Assembly (NCBI GenBank): GCA_963707985.1
Contig: CAVPRW010000020.1
Span: 1 to 64,000, forward strand
Direction of reading: 5' to 3'
From: an uncultured Nitrospinota bacterium
Lineage (GTDB): Bacteria; Tectomicrobia; Entotheonellia; J063; CAVPRW01
DNA: 64,000 nucleotides
The translations under genes were made by a program, and so were the position numbers. The notes beneath the pieces were generated by a model. The model saw only the letters and a program-made list of their open reading frames with translations, had not been told where the DNA came from and did not search any database. Of the stretch, positions 30,083 through 41,359 are shown in pieces (the stretch's first letter is position 1; the number at the start of each line of letters is the position of its first letter).

Positions 30083-30898
30083 ATGCCTCTTGCCGAGGTG
30101 TTTCCCAACACGTTCAAGCCGATCATCGGCATGTTACACTTGCCACCCTTGCCAGGATCATATAACTATACCGGTCAATCGCTAGACGACACTGTCGAGT
30201 ATGCCCTGCATGAGGCGGAGATCCTGGCATCCAGCGGGTTCGACGGCTTCCTCATGCAGAATGCCGGGGACCGCCCGGCCTCCTTGGAGGTGTGTCCCGA
30301 GAAGGTCGCATATATGTCCGTCATTGGCGCTGCCGTGCGCCGCGTCCATCCTACGGTTCCTCTAGGCGTAAACGTATGCTGGAACGTACCGAAGGCGACC
30401 ATCGCCGTGTGTCATGCCGTGGGGGGATCGTTCATTCGCCTGGAGCACGTCTATATCGGCATGGCGATCACCGCGCATGGGCCGGTCTATGGCTGCGCCT
30501 ACGAGGCGACGCAATTCCTCAAACTGCTCGATGCCAAGCATATTCAGATTTTTGCCGATGTCTACGAAGCGCATAGCGTGCCCCTCGGGCGCATACCGAT
30601 CGAACAAGCCGCACACCAGGCGACAAACGCTTGTCAGGCCCATGCAGTCGTGATCACCGGGAATACCTTTGGTGAATCCATGGAGATGATTGAAGCCATC
30701 AAACAATCGGCGCCAGCCATGGTGGTCATGCTTGGGGGTGGTAGCAATCCAGGCAATGTCGGACAGGCACTGCGTGTGGCCGATGCCATCATGGTGGGAC
30801 GTTCGTTGAAAACGCGTCCGGATCTGCTAGCCCCTATCGAGCGCGATAGAGCCGAGGCATACATGGAAGCAGTGCGCCGCGCCCGGCTTTCCCTTTGA
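30083..30898 (+). CDS. BtpA/SgcQ-family TIM-barrel protein
   Basis: KPIIGMLHLPPLPGS, N.GD.P, PLGVN, IFADV...H. Confidence 0.9.
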   Translation: MPLAEVFPNTFKPIIGMLHLPPLPGSYNYTGQSLDDTVEYALHEAEILASSGFDGFLMQNAGDRPASLEVCPEKVAYMSVIGAAVRRVHPTVPLGVNVCWNVPKATIAVCHAVGGSFIRLEHVYIGMAITAHGPVYGCAYEATQFLKLLDAKHIQIFADVYEAHSVPLGRIPIEQAAHQATNACQAHAVVITGNTFGESMEMIEAIKQSAPAMVVMLGGGSNPGNVGQALRVADAIMVGRSLKTRPDLLAPIERDRAEAYMEAVRRARLSL

Positions 30899-30976
30899 CA
30901 ACGCGTGCACCGCTGGATAGCGTCGATGGTCCTTGGCGTGCGCGCCGACCCAGCCTGAGCTCGACCTGCAGGAGGT

Positions 30977-32206
30977 ATGGAAATGAATTTTAATTGGTTC
31001 CATCTGATGCCATATCGCTTTCTGCCAGAAGATTTCCCCCAGAAATATCGTAGTGTATGGGTGGATGTACCGAGCCATCTCTTCGACCCCGAAAAAGGGC
31101 ATCAGCTCTACCACGAATTCCTCGATGAGATGGAGTACGCCGAGCAGGTGGGATTCGACGGCCTCTGCTGTAACGAGCACCATAGTAACGCCTACGGCCT
31201 CATGCCGTCTCCCAACCTGATCGCTGCCGCGCTCACACGCCGGACCTCGCGTGCGGCGCTGATCGTTCTCGGCAATAGTCTGGCACTCTATAACCCGCCC
31301 ATTCGGGTGGCCGAGGAGTTCGCTATGCTCGACGTCATGAGCGGTGGGCGCTTAGTGGCGGGCTTTCCGGTGGGGACGTCGATGGATACCAACTTTGCCT
31401 ACGGCCAGGTGCCGGCCACATTGCGTGACAAGTATTATGAGGCGCATGACCTCGTCATCCAGGCCTGGACGCGCCCAGAGCCATTTACCTTCAATGGCAA
31501 GCATACGCAACTGCGCTACGTCAATATCTGGCCACGCCCGGTCCAGAAGCCGCATCCCCCCATTTGGATCCCGGGCGGTGGCAGTATCGAAACGTGGGAA
31601 TGGGTGACCCGCCAGGGACATATGTATGCCTACCTGAGCTACTATGGCTTTCTTCGAGGCCGAAAAGTCCTTGATGGTTTCTGGGAAACGCTCGACAAGA
31701 TGGGGGTGGATCGCAATCCTTATCGTGCGGGATTTCTGCAGCTGGTTGGCGTCTCCGAGACCGATGCACAGGCAGAAGCCGATTACTCCGAGGCCGCTGA
31801 CTATTTCTACAATAAATGCCTACATGTCTATCCCGGCTATGCCGAGGCTCCTGGCTATCGCACGAGCAAGACCATTCGCGCGGGCATCCGCCCGCAGATC
31901 GGTGAAGAAGCAAAACGAATCCGTGAAAACCTCAAGTGGAAGGACTTCATCGAACAGGGCTATGTGATTGCTGGCAGCCCGGCCACCGTGCGAGAACGCC
32001 TGCAGGAGGCCATCAAGATGCTCAATGTCGGCCATCTGATGGTGCTCTGCCAATTCGGCAATCTCGATAAAGAGCGCACTCGCAAGAACACGGCGCTGTT
32101 CGCCAAAGAAGTCGTGCCCCAACTGCGCGACATGTGGAGTGGTTGGGAAGACCATTGGTGGCCGAAGCCGTTGCCCGTGCGGGTGGCACCGCAACTACAA
32201 GGTTAG
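30977..32206 (+). CDS. LLM-class flavin-dependent oxidoreductase
   Basis: NEHH..YG.MPSP, P.RVAEEFAMLD.MSGGR, WPRPVQKPHPPIW, GSPATV. Confidence 0.95.
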   Translation: MEMNFNWFHLMPYRFLPEDFPQKYRSVWVDVPSHLFDPEKGHQLYHEFLDEMEYAEQVGFDGLCCNEHHSNAYGLMPSPNLIAAALTRRTSRAALIVLGNSLALYNPPIRVAEEFAMLDVMSGGRLVAGFPVGTSMDTNFAYGQVPATLRDKYYEAHDLVIQAWTRPEPFTFNGKHTQLRYVNIWPRPVQKPHPPIWIPGGGSIETWEWVTRQGHMYAYLSYYGFLRGRKVLDGFWETLDKMGVDRNPYRAGFLQLVGVSETDAQAEADYSEAADYFYNKCLHVYPGYAEAPGYRTSKTIRAGIRPQIGEEAKRIRENLKWKDFIEQGYVIAGSPATVRERLQEAIKMLNVGHLMVLCQFGNLDKERTRKNTALFAKEVVPQLRDMWSGWEDHWWPKPLPVRVAPQLQG

Positions 32207-32340
32207 GGCAGATATCTCCGCCTCGACGCCCCCGGCAACACGTAACATTCCAGTGTCCCCCCGCGGTGAAAGGGGATGGGGAGGGGCGATGCAATTGAGG
32301 CTAGGATGCGGATGAAGGGTCCTGATCGAAGGCCTCGGCT

Positions 32341-32371
32341 CCCCCCGACCCTCTCTCGGTGGGAGAGGGGG
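32341..32371. repeat. REP-like hairpin between convergent genes
   Basis: CCCTCTCTC-GGT-GGGAGAGGG. Confidence 0.5.
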
Positions 32372-32398
32372 CCAAGAGGGGTCCGAGTATTTATCTAT

Positions 32399-34117
32399 CT
32401 AACTGCGCAGCTTGAACTTCTGGTACCAGGTTGAATCGGCACCAGGACCGACTGGCGATACGCGCACATCAAGGACATAGGGCTCACCGCCAGCAATGAC
32501 TTCCGTGGCCCGTCGCAGGGCGCGCTCGAGATCTTGTGGTGCTGTCACCTTGGCACCGTTGATACCCTGAGATTTCGCCAGCATGACGAAGTCGATCTCA
32601 GGATCCCCCAGATAGACCTCAGGGTATTTGTTCTGCTTGGCTAATTCACCACCCCAGCTGGCGAAATTGGTGCGCACGGTTTGATAATTGAGGTTATTCC
32701 ACACCAAGGTGAGGATGGGCAGACCATAGCGTGCCATCGTCCAGAAGCCCGACGAGCCGTACATGACCGCCCCGTCGCCCAGGCTGCACACCACTGGCCG
32801 GTCGGGAGCCCCCAGTTGCGCGCCAATCGATGCTCCGATGCCGTACCCTAATGAGCCCCCGAAGGTGCGGATTTGGCGCCATTGCCCTTTCTCAAACCCA
32901 AAGGGCATGAGATGATCGGCAGCCCTGAAATTCTCCGACACCACGAGGGTGTCTTCCGGCAGCACCTGGCTGGCAACGTAAGCCAAATAATTGGGGTGAA
33001 TTGGGGTCTCGGTAGCCAGGCTGTTCATCTCCTCCCGACGTTGTCGGACTCGCCACTCGCCCTGTTCGTGCAGATGGGCGCCGCGGCGTTGGATGTGGGG
33101 CTGGCTCGCATGCTCCGGCTTCCAAAACGCATTAAGGGCTTGCAGTAGCGGGCGGACATTGCCCCAAATGCTGATATCCAGCCCGAAGGTGTTGCCTAGC
33201 ATGGTGTCATCATGTCCCATGCCGATGATCATGTCAGCTTTTCGGAAGCGCAAATCGACCTCACCCCCTCGGCAGCTCTGGCGGTAACCCACGCAGCACA
33301 CCACGTCATAGGGTTCATCAGAGATGTTTTCGACGGCGCCAACATAGTTGGCATGTTGCACCGGGAAACTGCCGTAGTCGAGCGTGGTGGTAGCGACTGG
33401 CAGCGACAGACGCTCGGAAAACTCCACGATCTCGCGCTCAGCATGCGCGGCGCGGATGTCCGGACCGACCACGAGGAGCGGATGTTCAGCGTTGAGCAGG
33501 GCATCGAAGATCGTGCGCAAGACTCCCTCATCCGGCAACCGCCCCATCAACGGTGCGGCTCCTGGGTGGATCGTCGCTTCTACATCCGGGGTATCCAGGG
33601 CCTGGCTGGAGAAGGCTATATAGACCGGTGCGGTGGGCAGCGACATGGCCTCCTGGAAGGCACGTCTGGTGACGGCGGGGACACCGCGGGGATCCAACAC
33701 TTCCCACCGTCGCTTGGTGATATCCTCCACAACCCCCATTTGCGAGTAGCCAGCGCTCGATCCCAACACGACGTGATCGCCGAAGGACCCCGAATCGCGC
33801 ATGGCCGCCGTGACTACCATCGGTGACCCGTCGAAATAGGCATTCTGAAGCTGCCCAGAGCCCTGCCTGGTGCCGGCGGCCAAATGAATGTTGACGAACG
33901 CTGCCTTGCCGCTAGCCTTGGCATATCCATCTGCCGCTGATAACACCAGGGGTTCCATCAAGAGCAGGATGGGTTGCACCCCGGGGACGGCTAGGAGGCC
34001 GTTGAAAAACCCCACCTCGGCACTTCCAGTGTTCGTGAAGGCATACTCGACGCCTTGCGCGAGCAGCTGATGCACGAGCAGCTCGCCACCTGTTCCGATC
34101 ACGGTTTTACGTTCCAT
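32399..34117 (-). CDS. ThDP-dependent enzyme, benzoylformate-decarboxylase-like
   Basis: ADGYAKASG, GGSLGYG, GDG(X~25)NN ThDP motif. Confidence 0.92.
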   Translation of the reverse strand: MERKTVIGTGGELLVHQLLAQGVEYAFTNTGSAEVGFFNGLLAVPGVQPILLLMEPLVLSAADGYAKASGKAAFVNIHLAAGTRQGSGQLQNAYFDGSPMVVTAAMRDSGSFGDHVVLGSSAGYSQMGVVEDITKRRWEVLDPRGVPAVTRRAFQEAMSLPTAPVYIAFSSQALDTPDVEATIHPGAAPLMGRLPDEGVLRTIFDALLNAEHPLLVVGPDIRAAHAEREIVEFSERLSLPVATTTLDYGSFPVQHANYVGAVENISDEPYDVVCCVGYRQSCRGGEVDLRFRKADMIIGMGHDDTMLGNTFGLDISIWGNVRPLLQALNAFWKPEHASQPHIQRRGAHLHEQGEWRVRQRREEMNSLATETPIHPNYLAYVASQVLPEDTLVVSENFRAADHLMPFGFEKGQWRQIRTFGGSLGYGIGASIGAQLGAPDRPVVCSLGDGAVMYGSSGFWTMARYGLPILTLVWNNLNYQTVRTNFASWGGELAKQNKYPEVYLGDPEIDFVMLAKSQGINGAKVTAPQDLERALRRATEVIAGGEPYVLDVRVSPVGPGADSTWYQKFKLRS

Positions 34118-34267
34118 AACGTTATCCTCTTTAGCCCTATGGGATGTTGTCGGAAGCTTGTAGTCCTCATACAGGGCCCTTATACTCTATCCCTGACTCT
34201 CGGTCAATGGTCGGCACGGGGGCGTGAAGAGGAAATTGGGGTGGAAGAGGCGATGTGGGGCAGCTGC

Positions 34268-37027
34268 TTAAATATGCTCACCCCAACGTGGGTCGCCGAA
34301 AAAGGTAGTCAGACGGTCTAGCTCGGCAGTGAGCTGTTGCAGGGTGCTAGGGGCCTTCTCGAGACAGGCCGTGTGGCCCATCATTTCGAGGTCGTACGCG
34401 AGAGCCCGAGCATTGCCGGCCGCGATAGTGCCCAGAGATCCCTTGAGACTGTGGGCTGTACGCTCCAGTTGGCACGCATCACCACAGTCGATCGCTTTGC
34501 GGATCTCGGTTATCTGGACAGGGTAGTCTTCGAGAAAAATCTGACTTAACTCCATCATGAGGTCCCTATCCCCGTCCACAATGGCCATGAACGTGGCCGG
34601 ATCGATCGGTAGCACAGCCGCAGCCATCTGTCCTGGTTGGATACCGAACCGTGCGGTAAAGTGGAAAGTGCTACCCTGGCCCACCTCACTGTCGATCCAG
34701 AGGCGACCATCCATCAGTTCAATCAATCGCTTGGCAATCGTCAGGCCGAGCCCGGTGCCTCCATATTTGCGAGTGGAGGAGCCGTCAACTTGCGTGAATG
34801 GCTCCAGAATGAAGTGCTGACGTTCGGCAGGAATACCGATACCGGTATCGACGACGGCCACATGCAACCAGAGTTCCTGATCAGCCTGACGTTCGGTCTC
34901 GACTCGCACCACCACCTTGCCTCGTTCGGTGAACTTGATGGCGTTGCCCACCAGGTTGACAAAAATCTGCCGCAGCCGTCCAGGATCGCCTATCAACCCA
35001 TCAGGAATCTCCGGCGACACCTGGTGTGCTAGTTCGAGACTCTTGTGGTGGGCCTGAAGGTCCATCGTCTTCAGCGTGGTGTGCAGGAAATCTCGCAGAT
35101 GAAAAGAGATGGGGTTAAGGCTAAGCCTACCAGCTTCGATCGTCGAAAAATCCAGGATATCATTGACAATGCCGAGCAGCCAATCGGCGGAGCCCTTGAC
35201 GGTGGTCAAATACTCCCGCTGCTCAGAGGTCAGGGTGGTGGCAAGCGTTAGTTCTGTCATGCCAAGAATGCCATTCAGCGGCGTGCGAATCTCGTGGCTC
35301 ATATTCGCCAGAAATTCGCTTTTCGCCCGCGTGGCCGTTTCTGCGGCATTGCGCGCCGCGCGCTGCGCGGCATATGACGAGGCATTGTGGATGGCGACAG
35401 CAGCCTGGCTGACGAAGCTGTCTAGGAGAGTGTGTTCATCGGGATCGAGGTGAAAGGGTCTACGTCCGCATAGTACCAGAACGCCAAGCAGGGCGCCCTG
35501 GTAGATAATAGGGTGCGCGAGAAGGCTGCTAACGCAATGGGTTCTCCACCATTCTGCGCTAAGTATCCGCTCATCGGTGAATACATCACCGATGTCTAGC
35601 GGTTGTCGTTGGGCCGCCACCCAGCCGGCGACACCCTTGCCGAAAGGTCGCTCCTGGAGTAAAAAGCTATTTGCCAGTTGAGCTTCCGAGGAAGCTCGCA
35701 AGGTCAGGATCTGCCTTTCTTCATCCGCACCCCAAATGCGCACGAATGGCACATCCATAAGCTCGGCGGCTGCCTGGGCGATTTCCCGCAGCACGGCATT
35801 CATGTCGAGCGAGGAAGAGATGAGTTGGTTTAAACGCGTGAGCGTATATAGACGCCTGGTGCGTACCTCCTGACTCTCATACAGCTGCGCATTTTGAATG
35901 GCCACAGCCGCATGGGCGGCCAACCGCAGCAGGATGCCCTCGTCGTTATCGGTGAACGGGCGAGGGCACGCATTGGTGACGATCAACAATCCTGCGACCT
36001 CGTTACCGATGAGAATGGGCACCACCATTGAGGCGATTGTTCCATTGGCGCGAGCCCAAGAGGCATAATCCTTTGTGAAGCGCGGATCTGACAGATAGTT
36101 ATCCGTGCGAAAGGGGCGTTTGGTGAGCAGTACCTGACCACCGATCCCCTTCCCCGGCTCGATGGTGGCGTCACCATAGCCTTCATATTTGGCTCCCGCC
36201 CAGTATCGGAAGCGCATGGCGTTTGATTCGGGAGTCCGTAATGTAATGCGGGCGTGATCGCCCCGACAGAGCTCTTTGGCCCCTTCAACCACACGTTGGA
36301 GGACAGTGTCAAGATCCAGCGAAGTGTTGAGGTCTTTGGCCAGCTCGGAGATAATTTCCGCTTCGCGCTGCCGATGCGTGGTTTCCTCGGCCAAAGTCTC
36401 TGCGGTGCGGCGGCGCTCCTGGCTCTCGCTAAAGAGCTGGGCGTTCGCGATGGCGATAGCTGCCTGATCGGCGAATAGCCTGAGGAGATCGCGGTCTTGG
36501 TCGGTAAAAGGGCGTTCGGTTTCAGGGTTGTGGAGCGTGATGACCCCCAGGAGCTGTCCGTGGTCGAGCAAGGGCTCGGCGACGATGGCGGTAATCTTTG
36601 TGCGCTCGACAAATAGCGGATTCGCCCCGTCCCAATGACGATAGTCATTGACCAGCATCCCCGCCTGATGCTGGGCCACGGCACCCGTGATCCCCTCGCC
36701 AAGTGGGATACGCGCTTCTCCTACCCAATCTTCGAGGCCATCCCATGTGTGTGGGATGAGCACTCGCTCGTTGGCGTCCCACAGGTGGGTCAGGCACGAG
36801 GTAGCACCCACTAATTCTCTCGCGCGTTGGGTGATCAGTCGCAAAAGTGCCGGAAGGTCAAGCTCGCGGGTGATCTCATGGGTGATGGCCCTAAGAGCCT
36901 CAAGCTGTCTGGTACGCTGGGCCAAAGCGGCGTCGGTCCAATCGCGTTCCTTCGGCATCGACGCCGGCACAGTGAAATCTGTGAGACGAGCGAAAATCCC
37001 CCATAGCCATCGCGGTATCATGTCCAT
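34268..37027 (-). CDS. Cytoplasmic sensor kinase: 3x GAF, HisKA, HATPase, HPt; no receiver domain
   Basis: Three GAF repeats ending in [22 protein letters not shown]1, F and G2 boxes; AHSLKGS HPt. Confidence 0.93.
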   Translation of the reverse strand: MDMIPRWLWGIFARLTDFTVPASMPKERDWTDAALAQRTRQLEALRAITHEITRELDLPALLRLITQRARELVGATSCLTHLWDANERVLIPHTWDGLEDWVGEARIPLGEGITGAVAQHQAGMLVNDYRHWDGANPLFVERTKITAIVAEPLLDHGQLLGVITLHNPETERPFTDQDRDLLRLFADQAAIAIANAQLFSESQERRRTAETLAEETTHRQREAEIISELAKDLNTSLDLDTVLQRVVEGAKELCRGDHARITLRTPESNAMRFRYWAGAKYEGYGDATIEPGKGIGGQVLLTKRPFRTDNYLSDPRFTKDYASWARANGTIASMVVPILIGNEVAGLLIVTNACPRPFTDNDEGILLRLAAHAAVAIQNAQLYESQEVRTRRLYTLTRLNQLISSSLDMNAVLREIAQAAAELMDVPFVRIWGADEERQILTLRASSEAQLANSFLLQERPFGKGVAGWVAAQRQPLDIGDVFTDERILSAEWWRTHCVSSLLAHPIIYQGALLGVLVLCGRRPFHLDPDEHTLLDSFVSQAAVAIHNASSYAAQRAARNAAETATRAKSEFLANMSHEIRTPLNGILGMTELTLATTLTSEQREYLTTVKGSADWLLGIVNDILDFSTIEAGRLSLNPISFHLRDFLHTTLKTMDLQAHHKSLELAHQVSPEIPDGLIGDPGRLRQIFVNLVGNAIKFTERGKVVVRVETERQADQELWLHVAVVDTGIGIPAERQHFILEPFTQVDGSSTRKYGGTGLGLTIAKRLIELMDGRLWIDSEVGQGSTFHFTARFGIQPGQMAAAVLPIDPATFMAIVDGDRDLMMELSQIFLEDYPVQITEIRKAIDCGDACQLERTAHSLKGSLGTIAAGNARALAYDLEMMGHTACLEKAPSTLQQLTAELDRLTTFFGDPRWGEHI

Positions 37028-37087
37028 CTCCTTCCTGTGGCGGTGAGCACAGCCAGATGGCGGGCACGGAACACAGGCTTCCCGGCA

Positions 37088-37303
37088 TCACTTCGAGCCA
37101 CGGCACAGCGGCAAGCGTGGGGTAATGTCGGCCGCATCTGTCCCTTCGCATCCTCGGCAGAACAGTCGGCCCTCGAAGTCTTCCGAGAAATAACGACCAC
37201 AACGGCAAGGCGCAGGGCCACGGAAATGGCAGACAATCTCGGAGATCAGATGCGCGCCATCGCTCGCTTTAAATAAAGACGTGTCAAGCTGGACGCTATT
37301 CAT
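37088..37303 (-). CDS. Small Cys-rich hypothetical protein (71 aa)
   Basis: GAGGAGGAG RBS before ATG 37303; CRCG..CRGC. Confidence 0.4.
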   Translation of the reverse strand: MNSVQLDTSLFKASDGAHLISEIVCHFRGPAPCRCGRYFSEDFEGRLFCRGCEGTDAADITPRLPLCRGSK

Positions 37304-37361
37304 AAACTCCTCCTCGGCATTCGAGAGTTTTGAGATCGACAGGCGACTTGGCGTAGAGCTG

Positions 37362-37377
37362 GGCAAGAAATATGCCG
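37362..37377 (-). promoter_or_regulatory. Sigma-54 (-24/-12) promoter candidate
   Basis: Minus strand CGGCATATTTCTTGCC (GG-N10-GC). Confidence 0.55.
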
Positions 37378-37683
37378 CCCACCCACAGCGCTAGGAATCT
37401 GCAGTATCCCCTTGCACAGACAATGTCAGGATGTTGGCAGAGCCACCTCTCAAGGCAAGCGAGGCGGCCTCACGACAAGTCTCCTCCAGCGCCATCGGCA
37501 GGGCGGGAGTCTGTTGCTGAAGCGGGGAATGAATAGGAAAAAATGCGCGGGGTAGGCAGCTTATGACGGTTTGCAGCCGACCAGTAAATTCCCCTTTGCC
37601 AACGGGGCATGGTCAAGTAGAATAGATGGGGATTGTGGCGAGGTGTAGCTCGGTGGCCTTAAAGCGCGAAGCCTGAGGAGGCG

Positions 37684-39297
37684 ATGGTCATGTGGGAGCA
37701 TGTCTGGCACGAGGCCCTGAATCCGCTGGCGTTCCTCGAACGTAGCGCCCTGGTCTATCCCGATAAAGCGGCCGTGGTATACAAGGACCGACGTTACACC
37801 TATAGCGAGCTCTACGCTCGGGTGAATCGGCTGGCGGGTGCCTTGAAACGTGCGGGCGTGCGTAAGGGCGACCGTGTGGCCTTCCTGGTGCCGAACGTGC
37901 CGGCGATGCTAGAGGGACATTACGGCCCTCTACGTCTGGGGGCTATCCTGGTTGCCATCAATATCCGTTTGTCACCGCGGGAGGTGGCCTATATTCTGAA
38001 CCACTCCGGCGCCAAAGTGCTGGTCTTCGATACCGAATTGGCGTCGACCGTGCGGGCTATTCGGGACGAGATCCCTGGGGATAGCACCTTCGTTCAAGTC
38101 GTGGATGCGGCGCCAAAAGCGGCTGACATTCCTGGACCAGACTACGAATCATTCCTAACTACTGCCCCCACTGGTGATCATCGTACCGAGTTGGACTCCG
38201 AAAAGGACACCATCTGCATCAACTACACCTCCGGGACCACTGGCATGCCGAAGGGGGTCCAATACCATGCCCGCGGGGCGTACCTCAACGCACTGGGAGA
38301 GGCCCTAGAAGTCGGCCTGAACTATCGAAGCCGCTACCTCTGGACCCTGCCCATGTTCCACTGCAATGGCTGGTGTTTCACCTGGGGTGTCACCGCGGTT
38401 GGTGGCACACATATTTGCCTGAGGCGAGCCGATCCGCCAGAGGTCTTCCGCCTGATCCGCGAGGCAGGCGTTACCCACTTGTGTGGTGCGCCCACCGTCT
38501 TGGTGAGTATGTCCGCCTCACCGGCCGCCGCGGGGCAGAATCTCGGCGGCGTCACGATCGTCACGGCTGGGGCACCGCCGGCGCCCCAGGTGATTCGTAC
38601 CATGGAGGGCTTGGGAGCCACGATCCATCATGTCTATGGTCTAACCGAAACGTACGGCCCCCATACGATCTGTGCCTTCCAGCCCGGGTGGGATGATCTG
38701 TCGCGCGAGGAACGCGCCATAGTCAAGGCACGCCAGGGTGTGCCCTACATCGTTGCCGGCATGGGGATGCGCGTTGTGGATAAGCACATGCACGATGTAC
38801 CACGCGATGGGCAGACGATGGGCGAAGTCGTGATGCGCGGCAACAACGTCATGTCGGGGTACTTCCAGCAACCTGACGCCACCGAAACGGCCTTCGAGGG
38901 GGGCTGGTTCCACTCCGGCGACCTCGCCATATGGCATCCTGACAACTATATTGAACTGAAGGATCGCGCCAAAGATATCATCATTTCCGGTGGTGAGAAT
39001 ATCTCGACACAAGAAGTCGAAAAGGCCATCATGGAACACCCTGCCGTGCTCGAGGTCTGTGTCATCGGGGTGCCGGACCTGCGCTGGGGGGAGGTCCCTA
39101 AGGCGTTCGTCATGAAGCGTCCTGAGGCCGAGGTCTCGGCTGAGGAGATCATCCAATTTTGCCGCGAGCGCATCGCTCACTTCAAATGCCCGCGTGAGGT
39201 CACCTTCGCTGATCTCCCCAAGACCGCCACCGGCAAGATCCAGAAGTACGTGCTGAGAGAGCAAGAGTGGAAGGGCTACGAGAAACGAATCAATTGA
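37684..39297 (+). CDS. Acyl-CoA synthetase (AMP-forming)
   Basis: YTSGTTGMPKG, YGLTET, WFHSGDL, IISGGENI, LPKTATGKIQK. Confidence 0.96.
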   Translation: MVMWEHVWHEALNPLAFLERSALVYPDKAAVVYKDRRYTYSELYARVNRLAGALKRAGVRKGDRVAFLVPNVPAMLEGHYGPLRLGAILVAINIRLSPREVAYILNHSGAKVLVFDTELASTVRAIRDEIPGDSTFVQVVDAAPKAADIPGPDYESFLTTAPTGDHRTELDSEKDTICINYTSGTTGMPKGVQYHARGAYLNALGEALEVGLNYRSRYLWTLPMFHCNGWCFTWGVTAVGGTHICLRRADPPEVFRLIREAGVTHLCGAPTVLVSMSASPAAAGQNLGGVTIVTAGAPPAPQVIRTMEGLGATIHHVYGLTETYGPHTICAFQPGWDDLSREERAIVKARQGVPYIVAGMGMRVVDKHMHDVPRDGQTMGEVVMRGNNVMSGYFQQPDATETAFEGGWFHSGDLAIWHPDNYIELKDRAKDIIISGGENISTQEVEKAIMEHPAVLEVCVIGVPDLRWGEVPKAFVMKRPEAEVSAEEIIQFCRERIAHFKCPREVTFADLPKTATGKIQKYVLREQEWKGYEKRIN

Positions 39298-39329
39298 GAC
39301 GATAAGACCCCAATCGTGCAAGAGGTGCT

Positions 39330-39677
39330 ATGTCCTCGCTCATAGATGGCACATTTATCAAACGCCGCTGTTACTTGAAGCTCGGCGCTGGGACGGTGTT
39401 GAGTTGCATTAGGCTCCGTGCCGACTGCTTCTTCCGACATTGGCCACTCAAAGCTACAGGAATCGATGATGAGGGGTATGTTCACGCCATTGCTATGGCT
39501 TCCTATCCGGACAGACAGCGGGTCACGGAGGTCGAACTGCGCATTGATCCCCTCACCAGCGACCTCATCGAGTACCGCTACACTGAACAGGGAAGTTCGC
39601 AGGTGTTCACCCTCATCGACGGCGAATACGTTGAGGAAGCATCAGAGGATCATGAGGGACGAGAGACCACGGATTAG
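39330..39677 (+). CDS. Hypothetical protein
   Basis: 115 aa, GAGG RBS, co-oriented downstream of the ligase. Confidence 0.55.
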   Translation: MSSLIDGTFIKRRCYLKLGAGTVLSCIRLRADCFFRHWPLKATGIDDEGYVHAIAMASYPDRQRVTEVELRIDPLTSDLIEYRYTEQGSSQVFTLIDGEYVEEASEDHEGRETTD

Positions 39678-39739
39678 CCGTCCCTCGTGTGGAGACCACG
39701 CTCCCTTAACGGACACCGCCAATGTAGGGGTTGGGTGGG

Positions 39740-40243
39740 TTATTCTCGTCCGTTGAGATATCGCCACAACACATACATCCCATCTGGTGTATAGGGCTCC
39801 GTGTCGGCCCGGCGCAGAATGTCGGACACTGACACGAACGCCCCACTCTCGACCTCCTCCTCTTGTAGGATTATCATCCCGTCATACGTGCAGGAGAAGG
39901 CACAGCCCCAGAGCTGCGTGTGTTCGTCTACAAAATGAAACACAAAGAGCCGGTTCAGCGGAATGTTGCGAATGCCCATCTCCTCTTCGAGTTCGCGTTC
40001 GGCTCCCTGCTCATAGGTTTCTCCTACCAATACTACCCCGCCAGCCGCGACATCGAAATAGCCAGGGAACACATCCTTGGTCAGCGTGCGCTTTTGGACG
40101 TAGAGGTCGCCTTGGGAATTGAACACCAGCACATATGTACTTCGATGCGGTAACCGTGAGGCCCGCATCTCGCGCCGAGGTGCGGCACCCACAACCTGAT
40201 TGTGCGCATCGACGATAACGACGATTTCATCTGCCGCTCCCAT
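39740..40243 (-). CDS. NUDIX hydrolase, YfcD/IDI-like
   Basis: HR..VLVFN, QKR..KD.FPG, GG...GE...AERELEEEMG. Confidence 0.92.
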   Translation of the reverse strand: MGAADEIVVIVDAHNQVVGAAPRREMRASRLPHRSTYVLVFNSQGDLYVQKRTLTKDVFPGYFDVAAGGVVLVGETYEQGAERELEEEMGIRNIPLNRLFVFHFVDEHTQLWGCAFSCTYDGMIILQEEEVESGAFVSVSDILRRADTEPYTPDGMYVLWRYLNGRE

Positions 40244-40601
40244 TACACTCTCCCGTAGGAAACAAGGTATCTGGCACAGAGACTCAGGGCATTTACGGTA
40301 CGACCATTCGATGTGGAGCTAAGACCACTCCCCCTCCTTGCCCAAGGCTAATAGTATACCTCAGACCGGTGTGGAGCAGGACAGTCGCCAGTGGTGCTCG
40401 GATAATCTTGTGGCCGGTTAGGAGGAACCGCTGAGTTTGTGCAGCTCCGCTGTTCAGCGCTGCACGAGATCCTGAGTGCGTACATCGGTCGCAGTTGGGG
40501 TGGCGGAATCGTCGACGCATGCAGTTGATGCCCCGGTGAGAGTGTGCTAGGTTCGCGGGATGCGATCTCTTCCCTAGAGACTTCTGTCATAAGGAGATGA
40601 T

Positions 40602-41336
40602 ATGCTGAGCGTGCACGCCATGCGGGCGGTCGGCTTTTGGTGTCTGGTGGTTTCTACCATCGTGGGATCTCTAGCGGCATCAGTATGGGCAGCCGAACCG
40701 GTCAAAGTAGGGTTGGTCGCCGCATTGTCTGGGCAATCGGCAAAGTCCGGCGAAGGCATCACCCGCGGTTTAAGCATCGCCATCGACGAGATTAACGCCC
40801 CTGGCGGGTTACTCGGCGGACGACAACTCACGCTCATTCGACGCGATGACGAATCGAATCCCTCGAAGGGGCAAATCGCCGCCCGCGAGCTGATCTTCAA
40901 GGAAGGGGTCACGGTACTGTTCGGGGGCATCGATTCCCCCGTCTCCTTAGCGATCGTTCCTCTTGTCAACAAAGAGAAAATCCCCTTTATGGGGGTGTGG
41001 GCAGCGGCTACACCAATTACCCACAATGGGGCCGACCCGAACTTCGTGTTTCGTGTCTCGGCCGTCGACGAACTGGTGGACAAGGCACTCGTACAGTATG
41101 CAGTGAAAAAGTACGGGGCTGAGCGCCCAGGCATGATGTTGATCAATAATCCCTGGGGAGAATCCAACGAGAAGGGTCTGACTGCGGCCATCGCTGCAGC
41201 ACAGATCGACACCTATGACGGGTTGATTAAGACCTACGTGAAGCCGTTCTCCCCAAACAATCATGATGCACTGGACGAAAACGACTACGTCATGGTGCAT
41301 TACGTTGGCGAACAGATTGAGCCCCTGGCCAAATAG
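40602..41336 (+). pseudogene. Branched-chain-type ABC substrate-binding protein with apparent in-frame internal deletion
   Basis: Only 244 aa; N-lobe (RRDDESNP, FRVSA, NNPWG) runs directly into a C-terminal GLIKTY.KPF...HDAL segment near 41200. Confidence 0.7.
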
Positions 41337-41359
41337 CCCGGGCGAGAGGCTAGGCGCAA

